Origin: a virus
Reading direction: 5' to 3' (one strand)
DNA length: 64,000 bases
Virus record (IMG/VR): IMGVR_UViG_3300031722_000008
Location: 64,001 to 128,000 of that record
The notes beneath the pieces were generated by a model. The model ran no database searches. It was not told the DNA's origin and saw nothing but the letters and a program-made list of their open reading frames with translations. The number at the start of each line of letters is the position of its first letter. Within the stretch, counting starts at the first letter, position 1. The position numbers and the translations under genes were made by a program. This document shows, piece by piece, positions 52,929 to 63,389 of the stretch.

Positions 52929-54911
52929 TTGTTAGTACTTAAAGTCGAGGGGAAATTCAAGATACTGAAAATAGAATGCTCAGCTGGCATGGCCAGCGAC
53001 GTTCTATTTTCGCTTTCTGAAATCCCAAAAGAAGTTGATACAACAAATAACAATGTCTGTACAATACTTATCGACATGAAATATATCGATAAGTGTAACA
53101 CTACTCTTAATAAATATAAGGGCAGTGTGAAATTTGATAGTAGTTTTCTTGAATGGAAGAAAAAATTCCATAAGAAAACACCAATACTAATCAGAAGCGC
53201 AGTTATAAATACCAAAATATATAGAAGTCCTGATTTCGAAGTACCACATCAAGCAATAGAAGATGCAACGAAATACTTTTTTAAACCTGCAGTAAATATG
53301 AAATCTTATAAAGACAAGAAGTGGGATGGATATGTAAAATTATACGAGAGAAGATTCTATAAGTTCCCAACAGGACTAATAGACAGAGTTTTAGAGGTAT
53401 TTGATAAAGAAGAAATACCATATACATTAGAACATGTGCATGATGAGAGTCCACCTAAAGAATTTGATTGGGAACCAAAAGAACTATTTGTTCCATCGGA
53501 AGACCAATTAGAAGCTGTTGATATTTGCATGAAATATGGAAGAGGAGTAGTTAAGGCAGCCACAGGATTTGGTAAAACTGCAATGCTTGCGAGATACTTA
53601 ACTGCAAGTCATGGTGTTCCTACCCTCTTTATAGCCAATAAGAAGATACTTTTAGATGATGCAGCCAATGACTTTAGAAATGGAATAGAGGGTCTCCTTG
53701 AGGGTGATATAGCTCAAATTAAGGATGGTAAGTTTGGTGATATTAATTTGAGAAAGAAAGAAAGTTTTACTCAATATGATTTAGATAATGCACTGTCAGA
53801 TAAAAAGATAATCGTAGCAACAATACAAAGTCTACATGCAAGAGTGGAGGATACAAAAACTAGGGGTGCATTAATTCATTGGCTTCATAATACTTGTAAG
53901 TTTGTGATGATTGATGAGAGCCAAGCTATCAATGATAAGCAATGGCAAGATGTATTGAATGAAGTAAGAGCGCCATATAGAATTGCCCTATCTGCTACAC
54001 CAAGACGTACAGATGGAGCTACATTACTCATAGCAGCACAATCAGGACCACTAATATATGAAACTACTGCTGATGAACAAATAAGAAAAGGTAGACTCTG
54101 TGATTTAAAAATTGATTGTTGGCCATTCGATCATAAGCTATATAACGACAATGACAAGGAACTTAACTATGCAGAAGTGTATACTCAATGTATAGTTGAG
54201 AATGAAGAGAGAAATAGATTCTTAATTGAGAGAACTTTAGAAATGTTAGATGAGGAAAGGCAAGTATTAATGTTAGTCCTTAGGATAGAACATGGACATA
54301 TACTAAAAGAAATGCTACTAGAGAAAGGATTGAGTTTAGATGAAGTTAACTTCGTATGGGGGGATACACCAGATAAGGTTAGAACAAAAGCCGTTGAAGA
54401 CTTTAGAAAAGGGAAATACAAAATACTTATCGGAAGCACCGTTGCTGATGCCGGACTCAATATCCCCTCCATCTCTGGAGTCATACTCTGCGGAGCTGGA
54501 AATTCTGACATCACGCATATACAACGGATTGGGCGTGGATCAAGAACTTTTGACTACCTCAAAAACTGGGGCTTCGAACCTAAATTTATCCATGATGCAA
54601 ATGGAGAAAAGATTACGAGAATCATTGATCCAATTGATATTAACATCGCCTTTTTTAAGAAGCAATCTAAAAATAGATACTATAATGCCTGTGAAGAGTT
54701 CGGAGCCGATAGAGTCCATCTGATAGGTGTTGACGCGTCTATATTTAGATACAGAAGTAAAAAGACGGAAAGCAAAAAAGATATCGATGACCAAAAAGCA
54801 TTAGAAGATATGTTTAATGCATTCAGTGGCGTAGATAATGAGGAAACCGAGGAAAATACTATGAGTCAAAATGATGCAGTTGATAATTTCATAAGTATAT
54901 TCAAAAGGTAG
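52929..54911 (+). CDS. Superfamily 2 DNA helicase (UvsW/Rad25-like)
   Basis: AATGFGKT, MIDESQ, LSATP, GLNIP, QRIGRGSR. Confidence 0.9.
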   Translation: MLVLKVEGKFKILKIECSAGMASDVLFSLSEIPKEVDTTNNNVCTILIDMKYIDKCNTTLNKYKGSVKFDSSFLEWKKKFHKKTPILIRSAVINTKIYRSPDFEVPHQAIEDATKYFFKPAVNMKSYKDKKWDGYVKLYERRFYKFPTGLIDRVLEVFDKEEIPYTLEHVHDESPPKEFDWEPKELFVPSEDQLEAVDICMKYGRGVVKAATGFGKTAMLARYLTASHGVPTLFIANKKILLDDAANDFRNGIEGLLEGDIAQIKDGKFGDINLRKKESFTQYDLDNALSDKKIIVATIQSLHARVEDTKTRGALIHWLHNTCKFVMIDESQAINDKQWQDVLNEVRAPYRIALSATPRRTDGATLLIAAQSGPLIYETTADEQIRKGRLCDLKIDCWPFDHKLYNDNDKELNYAEVYTQCIVENEERNRFLIERTLEMLDEERQVLMLVLRIEHGHILKEMLLEKGLSLDEVNFVWGDTPDKVRTKAVEDFRKGKYKILIGSTVADAGLNIPSISGVILCGAGNSDITHIQRIGRGSRTFDYLKNWGFEPKFIHDANGEKITRIIDPIDINIAFFKKQSKNRYYNACEEFGADRVHLIGVDASIFRYRSKKTESKKDIDDQKALEDMFNAFSGVDNEETEENTMSQNDAVDNFISIFKR

Positions 54912-54922
54912 GAGGGATTAAT

Positions 54923-55150
54923 TTGAGTAAAGTATGTCTTCATTCAATATGGAAATGTATAGATAATGATGATGAGATGTATGAAAGATATTGCATTGTA
55001 AAAAGTATAGATGATGATCCTGATTATAATGGAGAAGGAACCATAGAATTATTATATGCTAATAATATCAGGAGTTATGGTAAGGTGCGTAGATTCATGC
55101 CGGGCATAACTCATAGATTTATAAAGATGTACGAGGGTAGGAGGGATTAA
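54923..55150 (+). CDS. Hypothetical protein
   Basis: AGGAGG RBS, TTG start. Confidence 0.55.
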   Translation: MSKVCLHSIWKCIDNDDEMYERYCIVKSIDDDPDYNGEGTIELLYANNIRSYGKVRRFMPGITHRFIKMYEGRRD

Positions 55151-55151
55151 T

Positions 55152-55829
55152 ATGGACATTGAATTAGAAATGGAGCGTTTCACTTTTAAATTAGATTCTA
55201 TTCATATTCAGTCAACATGTTCAAAATTTGATGATATAAAAAGGAGTTTGGACATTTTCAAGAAGAGTACTCTTCTTGAAAATGTCTTCGAAGCTCACCT
55301 AAAGGATAATTTAATTAAACAAATAAAAAGAGATTCTTATTGGAGATACAAAAAATATTTAGAAAATCACCTGGACGAGATTTTAGAGAAAGCAAAGTCA
55401 TGCTATGTATTCCGCATGGATACTGAATTATCGAGATCATATTGGATTGATGGAGAGAGTGATAATCATTACAATGAATATGATATTACCAATATGTGTT
55501 CAACGAACGAATGGTTTTATGAACGCGAAGATGGTAGCACAATCATCGTATATGATTTGAATGGCGATATTAAGGCGACATTCAAAATTAAGATAGATAG
55601 TCAGCGTACCTTTACTGGTAATTGGATTAGTCATCAAGATTTTATATTTACTTATATTCCCGAAGGAATTATTGGTAACGAGGAAACAGATAGTTTTAAA
55701 GCAGGTTATTTAGATGGTTTTAGAGTTAGGAAATTTCGCACTAGACCATGTCCACAATATCCGCGTGGATACGAAAAAATGGACCAAGAAGAATATGACA
55801 GAGGATACAATAAAGGATTGGAGGGATAA
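55152..55829 (+). CDS. Hypothetical protein
   Basis: AGGAGG RBS; C-terminal GY.DG / Y.RGY..G motifs. Confidence 0.65.
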   Translation: MDIELEMERFTFKLDSIHIQSTCSKFDDIKRSLDIFKKSTLLENVFEAHLKDNLIKQIKRDSYWRYKKYLENHLDEILEKAKSCYVFRMDTELSRSYWIDGESDNHYNEYDITNMCSTNEWFYEREDGSTIIVYDLNGDIKATFKIKIDSQRTFTGNWISHQDFIFTYIPEGIIGNEETDSFKAGYLDGFRVRKFRTRPCPQYPRGYEKMDQEEYDRGYNKGLEG

Positions 55830-55833
55830 ATAA

Positions 55834-56175
55834 ATGAATCAAGATATGGAAATAAAATTCAATGATTATGAAAAAGAAAAAGTGGGGGAAATATTTGAAA
55901 AGCATATAGCTAAAACTACATTAAATATCGAAGGAATAGAAGGCAAGCTAATTAACGGAAAAAGAAAATATGGACTTAAATGGGACTTAGTTAAATTATA
56001 TAAGGATGAAAAATTTTTAGAGGGACATATTGATATGACAAGGATAGGAGCATTAAATTCCATATTAAAAGATATGATATGCCTAAATAATGATGACAAT
56101 GAATCATTATTTGAAGAAGTAAAAATAACAAAGGAATATATAACTGGTATAATCAATGATGAATACTTTAAATAA
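55834..56175 (+). CDS. Hypothetical protein
   Basis: GGAGG RBS. Confidence 0.6.
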   Translation: MNQDMEIKFNDYEKEKVGEIFEKHIAKTTLNIEGIEGKLINGKRKYGLKWDLVKLYKDEKFLEGHIDMTRIGALNSILKDMICLNNDDNESLFEEVKITKEYITGIINDEYFK

Positions 56176-56197
56176 ATGATGGTGGGGGATATAAAAA

Positions 56198-57334
56198 ATG
56201 AAACAAAAATTTGAATTAACATTAACAAGTAAGTATGCTGCTGAGTGGGGAATACAAGATGCTCTTAGGGAATTTATGCAAAACTGCTATGACCAATCTA
56301 AAAAGCAAGAGGGTAATGATTGGGGAGTTCATTATGATAAAGATACGCAATCATTATTTATCACTAATAAAAAATCAGTTCTCAAAAAACAATCATTACT
56401 TCTTGGATATACAACAAAGCAAGATGATGATGAAACTATAGGACAATTTGGAGAAGGATATAAGATAGCTCTATTAGTACTTACAAGGCTAGAGAAAACA
56501 GTAACTATTTATACTGGTGAGGCTAATAAAAAAGAAGAATGGTCGTCTAGATTTGTTACTTCCAAAAGGTATAATTATGAGAAGATATTAACAGTATTTG
56601 TTGATACAGACACTAAGCAAAATTATGATAATAATCTAACTATAAAAATAGATAATATAACTGAAGACGAATATAATGATTTTACTTCAAGAGTATTACA
56701 TCTTCAAAAGGATGTAGGTGAATTTTTAACGTGTAGCGAAGGAGAGATATTATTAGGCGAAAAACACAAAGGAAAGATATACGTAAATGGATTATATGTA
56801 AGTAAAATAAAAGATTTCCTTTTTGGTTATGATATAAAACCTGCTTATCTTAAAATAGGCAGAGATAGAAACCTAGTTGATTCTTTTGATATACAATTTC
56901 AGACTTCTAGAATGTGGAAGCAACATAACAATGAAAAACTAGCAATAATGATATCAGCACAATCTCCAGATATAAAATATATATGGTTGCCTGGAGAAGA
57001 AAATGTAGAAGAACTAAAAACAGTAAGTGATGATGTCTATGAAGAGATTAAAAAGGAAAACGAGGATAAAGATATATATCCAGTAACAAACCAAGAAGAA
57101 TATAATATGGCTAAAGAAGCTTACCCTAGTGCAACTCCTGTTATTGTAAATGAACTTCAAAAGAAAGTAATAAATAATAGCGAGAAATTTAAGGAGAAAG
57201 TCGCTTCTTACAAAAAGGAAGAGACTTCTCCAATTAAAGAATATGAATTATGGAAAAATAAATATATGGGTGAGAGAGTTTATCAAACGGCATTTAGGGA
57301 ACTTGATGATATTATAGAAAGAATAATGAAGTAG
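56198..57334 (+). CDS. GHKL (HATPase_c-like) ATP-binding protein
   Basis: ALREFMQNCYD N-box, LG.T.K, IGQFGEGYK G-box, IYVNGL. Confidence 0.75.
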   Translation: MKQKFELTLTSKYAAEWGIQDALREFMQNCYDQSKKQEGNDWGVHYDKDTQSLFITNKKSVLKKQSLLLGYTTKQDDDETIGQFGEGYKIALLVLTRLEKTVTIYTGEANKKEEWSSRFVTSKRYNYEKILTVFVDTDTKQNYDNNLTIKIDNITEDEYNDFTSRVLHLQKDVGEFLTCSEGEILLGEKHKGKIYVNGLYVSKIKDFLFGYDIKPAYLKIGRDRNLVDSFDIQFQTSRMWKQHNNEKLAIMISAQSPDIKYIWLPGEENVEELKTVSDDVYEEIKKENEDKDIYPVTNQEEYNMAKEAYPSATPVIVNELQKKVINNSEKFKEKVASYKKEETSPIKEYELWKNKYMGERVYQTAFRELDDIIERIMK

Positions 57335-57473
57335 GAGATAATGAGATGCTGAATTATAGTCAGAGGTATTGTGAGAAATGCAAAAAATGGTATATACCTA
57401 AAGATTTATCAGAATGTATGAGATGCTCTATATGTAATGGTGAGGTACATGGAGATGAGTGAGGTGAGAGTAG

Positions 57474-57968
57474 ATGAGAATATTAAATGATATAATTGCA
57501 GATCTAAAAGAAGGAAAAGAAGTAGAATATGAAGAAGCAAGGCTAGCGGCGATTGTGTATTCTAATCTTTTATTCTTTGCTAATAATAACATAAAACAAT
57601 TACTAGGAACCAAAAATCCACTTGTAAAATCTTTAGTTGAAGAAGACTATATCCGAAGACATCACAATGCACTTAAAAAATCTCCAGAGGAATGGCTTGG
57701 CAATGACCACCCCGACAACGAGGAGCATAAGAAGTTCATGGAGATTGGAAATAAAATATTTGACCATGTTATAGAGAAGATAATGAAGGATCAAATGATT
57801 GTAGATGAAAAAAGAAGAGAAGAAAGTGTTCCACTTAAACCATATAATATACATCATTCTAATAATACTACGATTGGATTATGTCCTTCATGTGATACAA
57901 GAGTCAGGAATGGTATAGGTGGCAGAGATGAAGAATGTCCTAGATGTAAAAGAAAGATGAAGTGGTAG
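57474..57968 (+). CDS. Hypothetical protein with C-terminal zinc ribbon
   Basis: CPSC...CPRC. Confidence 0.65.
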   Translation: MRILNDIIADLKEGKEVEYEEARLAAIVYSNLLFFANNNIKQLLGTKNPLVKSLVEEDYIRRHHNALKKSPEEWLGNDHPDNEEHKKFMEIGNKIFDHVIEKIMKDQMIVDEKRREESVPLKPYNIHHSNNTTIGLCPSCDTRVRNGIGGRDEECPRCKRKMKW

Positions 57969-57977
57969 GAGGCATAT

Positions 57978-58676
57978 ATGAATAATAAAATCAAAAATAA
58001 AAGAACAAGAAGAAAGAGAGAATTGCAAGCTAAGGAGAGAGTGCAGTTCTCTCTTGAGCAAAAAAGGATAGATGAAAATATAGCGAAGGCATCGTTACTA
58101 GGATATGATATGAGCGTTAAAGCGATTAACTATGAAGATAGTCCGATTATAGGAGTAGATTGGGGTAGAGAAGAAAGTTATAGTGTTCCAGTAACAACAT
58201 TGAGAGGTAAGGCGTATCCTGGATGGATTGATGATGCTTCATTCATGGCTGACAAAGAAATTCAAAAGGCTATGGAGATATTACAGAATCAAGGCGTTGC
58301 GTTCCATGCTAGCACTGATAAATATGTGAGGGAAGAAATTATAGTTCATGCAGTACAATATAACCTCAGTAAAGGAAGAGGATTGGAAGATGGATTTACA
58401 TTGGAAGATTATATGTCCGAAAAAGTTAATCTTTACAATAAAGCATTTTCTAGCTTTGGACATATAACAAAAGTTCCTGAACTATTTACTGATGAAAATC
58501 TAAAGAGATTAGTTTTTCCGTATATAATAGATAAGGATAAGAAAACTGTATATATAGAAAAGGATGATTATATTGTTATTGATAATGAGGGAAATAAAGG
58601 TCTTATAAACAAGGAAGATTTTGAAAAGAATTTTAGGAGGGCTAGGCTTTATGAAGAAGTCAAAGAAAGATTATGA
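57978..58676 (+). CDS. Hypothetical phage protein
   Basis: AGGAGG RBS; C-terminal DDYIV...G........FEK.F motif common in phage proteins. Confidence 0.65.
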   Translation: MNNKIKNKRTRRKRELQAKERVQFSLEQKRIDENIAKASLLGYDMSVKAINYEDSPIIGVDWGREESYSVPVTTLRGKAYPGWIDDASFMADKEIQKAMEILQNQGVAFHASTDKYVREEIIVHAVQYNLSKGRGLEDGFTLEDYMSEKVNLYNKAFSSFGHITKVPELFTDENLKRLVFPYIIDKDKKTVYIEKDDYIVIDNEGNKGLINKEDFEKNFRRARLYEEVKERL

Positions 58677-58815
58677 AAACTTTCTAAATGAATTAGGAAT
58701 ACCTAATAGCGATTTAATAAGCAATGGAGGAAGAATAAGGGATGGAAGTAAATATGGCTCATGGCTTCGTAGAAATGACTCTATTGCTTTTGAGGTTGGT
58801 TATAGGGAATGGTAA
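58651..58815 (+). CDS. Small hypothetical protein
   Basis: AGGAGG RBS before MKKSK; YG.WLRRND.IAF.VGY.EW. Confidence 0.6.
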   Translation: MKKSKKDYENFLNELGIPNSDLISNGGRIRDGSKYGSWLRRNDSIAFEVGYREW

Positions 58816-58894
58816 AATAAATATATACAAAGCTAATAACAAATGTTAAAATTGGCTTAGATAGAATTAAATGTTAAACGGAGGGGTATGAAAA

Positions 58895-59338
58895 GTGAGT
58901 AATGAAGTTTCAATACAAGATGAAGTAAAAGTTGATACCGAAAGTAATATTGAAATTGAAATAAAAGAAAAGGTCTTCGCTAGGATGTGTCAAATACTTG
59001 ACGAAAAGGGCATATTAATTCCTGGGATAATAGTTGAAAACAAAAAGAAAGAGAAGAAATCAATAACAGTTCCTTTTAATGAATATGATAAGATAGAGAG
59101 ATATATCAAAGAATCTTTCTTTGAGGAAACAAAAAAGGACATTAGTTTCTTTTCTAAAGATTTAATAGATAGAATAACAGTGTTAATGATTCTTGAACAT
59201 CATACTAAGTGTGAAGCCATCGATACATTAGATGATATAATTGACGCAATTATAAATCCAATGATTCTTAAAGGTAAAACAATTGAAGCTAGAGAAGATG
59301 AAAAAGGTATGTTTGTAATGTATACATTAAATAAATAA
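58895..59338 (+). CDS. Hypothetical protein
   Basis: GGAGG RBS. Confidence 0.65.
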   Translation: MSNEVSIQDEVKVDTESNIEIEIKEKVFARMCQILDEKGILIPGIIVENKKKEKKSITVPFNEYDKIERYIKESFFEETKKDISFFSKDLIDRITVLMILEHHTKCEAIDTLDDIIDAIINPMILKGKTIEAREDEKGMFVMYTLNK

Positions 59339-59341
59339 AAA

Positions 59342-59569
59342 ATGGGGGTTTTGGACATGAGTGCAACAAAAAAACAAGAAAAGGTTAATTGCTCATGTCC
59401 TTTATGTAATTCTATGTCAAAATTACTAAAGGGAAATACAAGAAAAACTTTTTTTTGTGACCAATGTTGCATTGAGTTCAAAACCGACGATAAGTACAAA
59501 GTGGTCAATGTGTTTCGTGTAACAGAAAATGGAGATGTAGAAGAGGTAAAGGACTGGAAAAAAAAATAG
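59342..59569 (+). CDS. Zinc-ribbon protein
   Basis: CPLC...FFCDQCCIEF. Confidence 0.65.
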   Translation: MGVLDMSATKKQEKVNCSCPLCNSMSKLLKGNTRKTFFCDQCCIEFKTDDKYKVVNVFRVTENGDVEEVKDWKKK

Positions 59570-59594
59570 AGCGGCATTGCCGCTCTATTTTTTT
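59560..59594. terminator. Bidirectional terminator between replication and lysis modules
   Basis: AAAAAAATAGAGCGGCA-T-TGCCGCTCTATTTTTTT. Confidence 0.85.
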
Positions 59595-59597
59595 CGC

Positions 59598-59963
59598 TTA
59601 CTTATTCTCTATATTTTTATCTGTATCTGATTCTCCAACCATAAGTGTACCAAAAGAACTTCCTATATTTAATGCAGCTGATTCCAGTAAAGCTTCTATC
59701 TGTTCATCAGTTAATTTGCCTCCGAACATCTTAGTCATAAACTTAACAACATAGTCTTTCTTAAGGCTACTCTTATCGTCACCAGTATACTTCTGATACA
59801 TTTTCTCAGCAGCTTCAGCTGCAATGCCTGCCCATGATTTATATTTATTAAGATTTTCTGCACCAATCTTTTTTACTATAAATGGCACAGCAGTTACGCC
59901 TGCAACAGATACTACTAATTTGATTATAAGATTTGAAATTTCATATATTTGATCACTTGTCAT
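59598..59963 (-). CDS. Holin, LL-H family-like
   Basis: One TM then WA.IA..AAE..Y....KK.YV...........QIEALLESA; next to endolysin. Confidence 0.75.
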   Translation of the reverse strand: MTSDQIYEISNLIIKLVVSVAGVTAVPFIVKKIGAENLNKYKSWAGIAAEAAEKMYQKYTGDDKSSLKKDYVVKFMTKMFGGKLTDEQIEALLESAALNIGSSFGTLMVGESDTDKNIENK

Positions 59964-59997
59964 AATGAATTACCTCCTAAATTTTATTCTATAGATA

Positions 59998-60025
59998 ATT
60001 ATATCACAACATGTTTCAGAATCAA
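59998..60025 (-). promoter_or_regulatory. Sigma-A-like promoter for the holin gene
   Basis: TTGATT-16-TATAAT with extended TG on minus strand. Confidence 0.45.
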
Positions 60026-60030
60026 TGATT

Positions 60031-60876
60031 TTATTTTGTCCAGGCTCCTGATTCATCAACTTTGAACCCATCAGGAGTAACCATGTTTGAAGCCATGACA
60101 CCATCACTAAAGAAATAGTAACATTCTCCATTAATCCATATCCATTCGTTCTTAGCCATCTTACATGAAGATTTTAACCAATACCAACGTCCTCCATCTT
60201 GAACCCATGAAGATTGTTTAGCATATCCATCGATATCAAATAAATAATATTCTCCATCAATGAACTTCCATTGATCCTTGTAGTAATATTCATTAGCAAC
60301 ATCAGTACAATACCACCAACCTTTAGGATAAAGATTCCAGCCTAAATTAACTACTGATTGACCAGTTAATCCTTTTACTATTGCATTAGCTATCGCTTCT
60401 GCTCCTAATGAATTATATTGATTTGTATCAGATTCATTGTCACAGAAACATATTTCTATTAGCATCGCAGTCATTGAAGGCCTTGCAACCATAGCTAAAT
60501 GACTACCATCTTTTATTCCTCTATCAGTGAATCCCATATTAACTATATTATTTAGTACATTTCTAGCTTGTGGCACCTCTTTGGCATTATAAGTAAACAC
60601 TTCTGTTCCATGCCCATTTCCATCACTTGCGTTAGCATGAATACTAATACAGTAATCACAGTTGTTATTATTTGCTTCAATGTATCTTTGATATAAGCTA
60701 TTACTTACACTTGAAGCATAAGATGGTCTTGTTTGAATTACCTCATTACCAATAGCAACTAATTTAGATACCACTAATTCACCAACCATATCGATTATAG
60801 TTTCTTCAGGTATATATCCACCAGCACCTCTATCTTGGCCAACGCCATGACCAAAATCTATCGCATATTTACTCAT
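60031..60876 (-). CDS. Endolysin: N-acetylmuramoyl-L-alanine amidase (Amidase_3) with cell-wall/choline-binding repeats
   Basis: IDFGHG, E, SIHAN, LIEICFCDN; C-terminal W...G.WYY(F)...G.M repeats. Confidence 0.92.
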   Translation of the reverse strand: MSKYAIDFGHGVGQDRGAGGYIPEETIIDMVGELVVSKLVAIGNEVIQTRPSYASSVSNSLYQRYIEANNNNCDYCISIHANASDGNGHGTEVFTYNAKEVPQARNVLNNIVNMGFTDRGIKDGSHLAMVARPSMTAMLIEICFCDNESDTNQYNSLGAEAIANAIVKGLTGQSVVNLGWNLYPKGWWYCTDVANEYYYKDQWKFIDGEYYLFDIDGYAKQSSWVQDGGRWYWLKSSCKMAKNEWIWINGECYYFFSDGVMASNMVTPDGFKVDESGAWTK

Positions 60877-60891
60877 CTATATCATCCTTTC

Positions 60892-61887
60892 TTATTTAAC
60901 TTCTACTATAAAGCAGTCATATCCTAATTCTTTTAATTTGTTTTGCATAGCTACAGCGTTATCTCTGACTTTAAATACTCCACATTGAACCTTGAATAAG
61001 TCAGGGTATATTCTTACGCAGCTGTCGATACCTTTCTTGCTTAATTCTAAAACTAATTCGTCAGCATATGCTCTAACTTTAAATGCACCAAGTTGTACTC
61101 TGTAAAGAATGCTACCTACTGGTGTAGGTCCTGGTGTTGGAGTAGGAGGTTTAACTACTTTCTCATCTGTAAGTGTCCATAATTCTTTGATTATTGATGA
61201 ACTTAAATCCAAATGAACATAACCATTATCACCTAAGTTACCCCAACTATTAAGGATTTTTAATTTATCACCTTTAAATCCAACGATTAACATACAGTGA
61301 CCTCCACAAAGTTTTCCTGAAGGTTCACTAGGAATATTACCGCCATTTGTTTGAAGTTCATAGAAGTTATCATATACTTTAACTGTTATGATAATAGGCT
61401 TTTTCTCTACAGTTAAATATCTCTTTATATCTTCAACATTTAACCTCACATATCCCTTACTCTTATTCGAAGTTGCCTTTTGGAATAATAATTCCTTTCC
61501 ATATTTATCAAGGAAAGCAATTATCCCAGGATACTCTTCATTAACAGGAAAGTCTTTATTTAAAACATTTCCTTCTTTTACTAAATGTGCAAGTGCTTCT
61601 CTAACTATCATTCCTGAACCTTGGAAATCAGAATCAGATCTATTTGCATAAATAAATCCAACAGAGAATTGTTCATTAGCTTGCTTGACAATTTCCTCAC
61701 ATTCACTCAAGGAATGAGCTACGCAACTACCTACTTTGAATTGATTCTTTGGCCCAAATTGATATGGCACATCTAACTCATAAGGTATTGTGACCTCACC
61801 ATCAGCGCAAGCGATGTCTGAGTAAAGCACATCCCTCTCATCGTCTGGTGAACCTAAACAAGTTAATTTATAATTTTTAATATCCAT
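60892..61887 (-). CDS. Papain-like (C1) cysteine peptidase with C-terminal SPOR repeats
   Basis: NQ..VGSCVAHS, GGHCMLIVG, NSWG catalytic motifs; Pro/Thr linker; YRVQLGAF and FKVQCGVF SPOR units. Confidence 0.85.
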   Translation of the reverse strand: MDIKNYKLTCLGSPDDERDVLYSDIACADGEVTIPYELDVPYQFGPKNQFKVGSCVAHSLSECEEIVKQANEQFSVGFIYANRSDSDFQGSGMIVREALAHLVKEGNVLNKDFPVNEEYPGIIAFLDKYGKELLFQKATSNKSKGYVRLNVEDIKRYLTVEKKPIIITVKVYDNFYELQTNGGNIPSEPSGKLCGGHCMLIVGFKGDKLKILNSWGNLGDNGYVHLDLSSSIIKELWTLTDEKVVKPPTPTPGPTPVGSILYRVQLGAFKVRAYADELVLELSKKGIDSCVRIYPDLFKVQCGVFKVRDNAVAMQNKLKELGYDCFIVEVK

Positions 61888-62297
61888 TATTTATTTTCCT
61901 CCTCATTATCATTTTTATCATTATCTTTTTTCTTTCCAATACTTATATTAAACCTTTTTAATATAAAGTCCAATATCTCTCCATTATAAAATTTATAAAT
62001 ATATTTATAACCACCAGCACCAGCTACAAAACTATAAAATATTAATGCTTTGTAACCTCCATAAGAAGCGATTATAGTATTCTCGAAAAAAAACAATGCG
62101 AATGTTGATGTAATACTTGTTATAATTATTTTATTTACTTCGACTTTGTCATTTTTATTTCTTATTAACTCATATATTTCATGCAGATATGAGCCAATCA
62201 AGGCAAAAATAAATATCAATAGAAAAATAATAATTGAATTAAGAACGTCGTTGACTTGAAGCCCCATGGCATTTAATGTATCTAGTAATATCTGCAT
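61887..62297 (-). CDS. Three-TM membrane protein, holin-like
   Basis: Three hydrophobic helices, charged C-terminus, in lysis operon; GGAGGAG RBS before MQILL. Confidence 0.6.
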   Translation of the reverse strand: MQILLDTLNAMGLQVNDVLNSIIIFLLIFIFALIGSYLHEIYELIRNKNDKVEVNKIIITSITSTFALFFFENTIIASYGGYKALIFYSFVAGAGGYKYIYKFYNGEILDFILKRFNISIGKKKDNDKNDNEEENK

Positions 62298-62316
62298 ATC
62301 ATCTCCTCCATTATTT

Positions 62317-63261
62317 TCAAACTTTACTAACACCTCTTGCTATTCCAATGAAACCTAGTAATAGGATTATTGTTATTAATATCCCAGTACCTTTTAGGTT
62401 ATTGTTTATAGTGTCATATTTATCTTCAGTATTTTTTATTGTACTTTCATAGTATTGAAGTAAATCTGCATGATTTGCTTTTAAATCATCATATACGTTG
62501 AATCCTTGAATGAATACAATTTTATCATTATCTGTTTTAATGCCATTCTGATCTATATCTTCTATGCCAAAAATATCAGAATCTTGTCTTAGGTAACTTG
62601 CAGTTAAAAATTCTACGTATTCGAATCCTTTAGCTCCATACTTATCGAATAATTTTTGTAGTTCGGACTCATCCATTTTTACTGGCAGATAATATCCATC
62701 AGGTGTAGGTAAGTACATCCAGAAGCTATAATCTTTATTTGTCTGATTCATGAAACCATTTATGGCTATTCTTGCAAGAGGTTTATTATTTTGTTTAGCT
62801 ATCTCATTGTCTATTGTAAACACTTCACCCAATTCAAATGCACAATTATGAGATGTATCAGCTACCTTTCCTAATTTAGTCCAAACATTCATATCATTGT
62901 TATCATTTTTTACATTCAGAAATTTGCCCTGTATATTACTTTTCAATATATGATATATTGGGTAATCTCCTATGACACTCAAATCATGCTTCAACGCATC
63001 TTTATTTGGGTATGCTTTGAGTATATCTTTTTCTGCTGAATCTTTAACGATATCTGCTTGCACTTTTGCTTTGTCAATATTTTCATCAACGATAGCCATG
63101 ATAGCGATGTACTCTTGTTCCTTTGTCCTTTCTATATCATTCCTCTTTAGTTCTTCCATAGTCTGCGACGTAGTTAAAACTGAATAAATATTAGCTCCTA
63201 ATATTAAAGCTATTATTACTGAAACTACCATTATTGTTATTGAATATTTTCTTTCTTTCAT
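62317..63261 (-). CDS. Two-TM protein with large extracytoplasmic domain
   Basis: N- and C-terminal TM helices; AGGAGG RBS. Confidence 0.7.
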   Translation of the reverse strand: MKERKYSITIMVVSVIIALILGANIYSVLTTSQTMEELKRNDIERTKEQEYIAIMAIVDENIDKAKVQADIVKDSAEKDILKAYPNKDALKHDLSVIGDYPIYHILKSNIQGKFLNVKNDNNDMNVWTKLGKVADTSHNCAFELGEVFTIDNEIAKQNNKPLARIAINGFMNQTNKDYSFWMYLPTPDGYYLPVKMDESELQKLFDKYGAKGFEYVEFLTASYLRQDSDIFGIEDIDQNGIKTDNDKIVFIQGFNVYDDLKANHADLLQYYESTIKNTEDKYDTINNNLKGTGILITIILLLGFIGIARGVSKV

Positions 63262-63325
63262 CTATTTTTATCCTCCTATTAAATTTAATATTCAATTATT
63301 ATTTCTATCACTTAATTCTAACATC

Positions 63326-63383
63326 AAAATAACTAAATAAAAAGGAAGGTGAAATTTCACCTTCCTTTTTATTTAGTTATTTT
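63326..63383. terminator. Terminator, perfect 58-bp palindrome
   Basis: AAAATAACTAAATAAAAAGGAAGGTGAAA|TTTCACCTTCCTTTTTATTTAGTTATTTT. Confidence 0.75.
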
Positions 63384-63389
63384 TAACTA

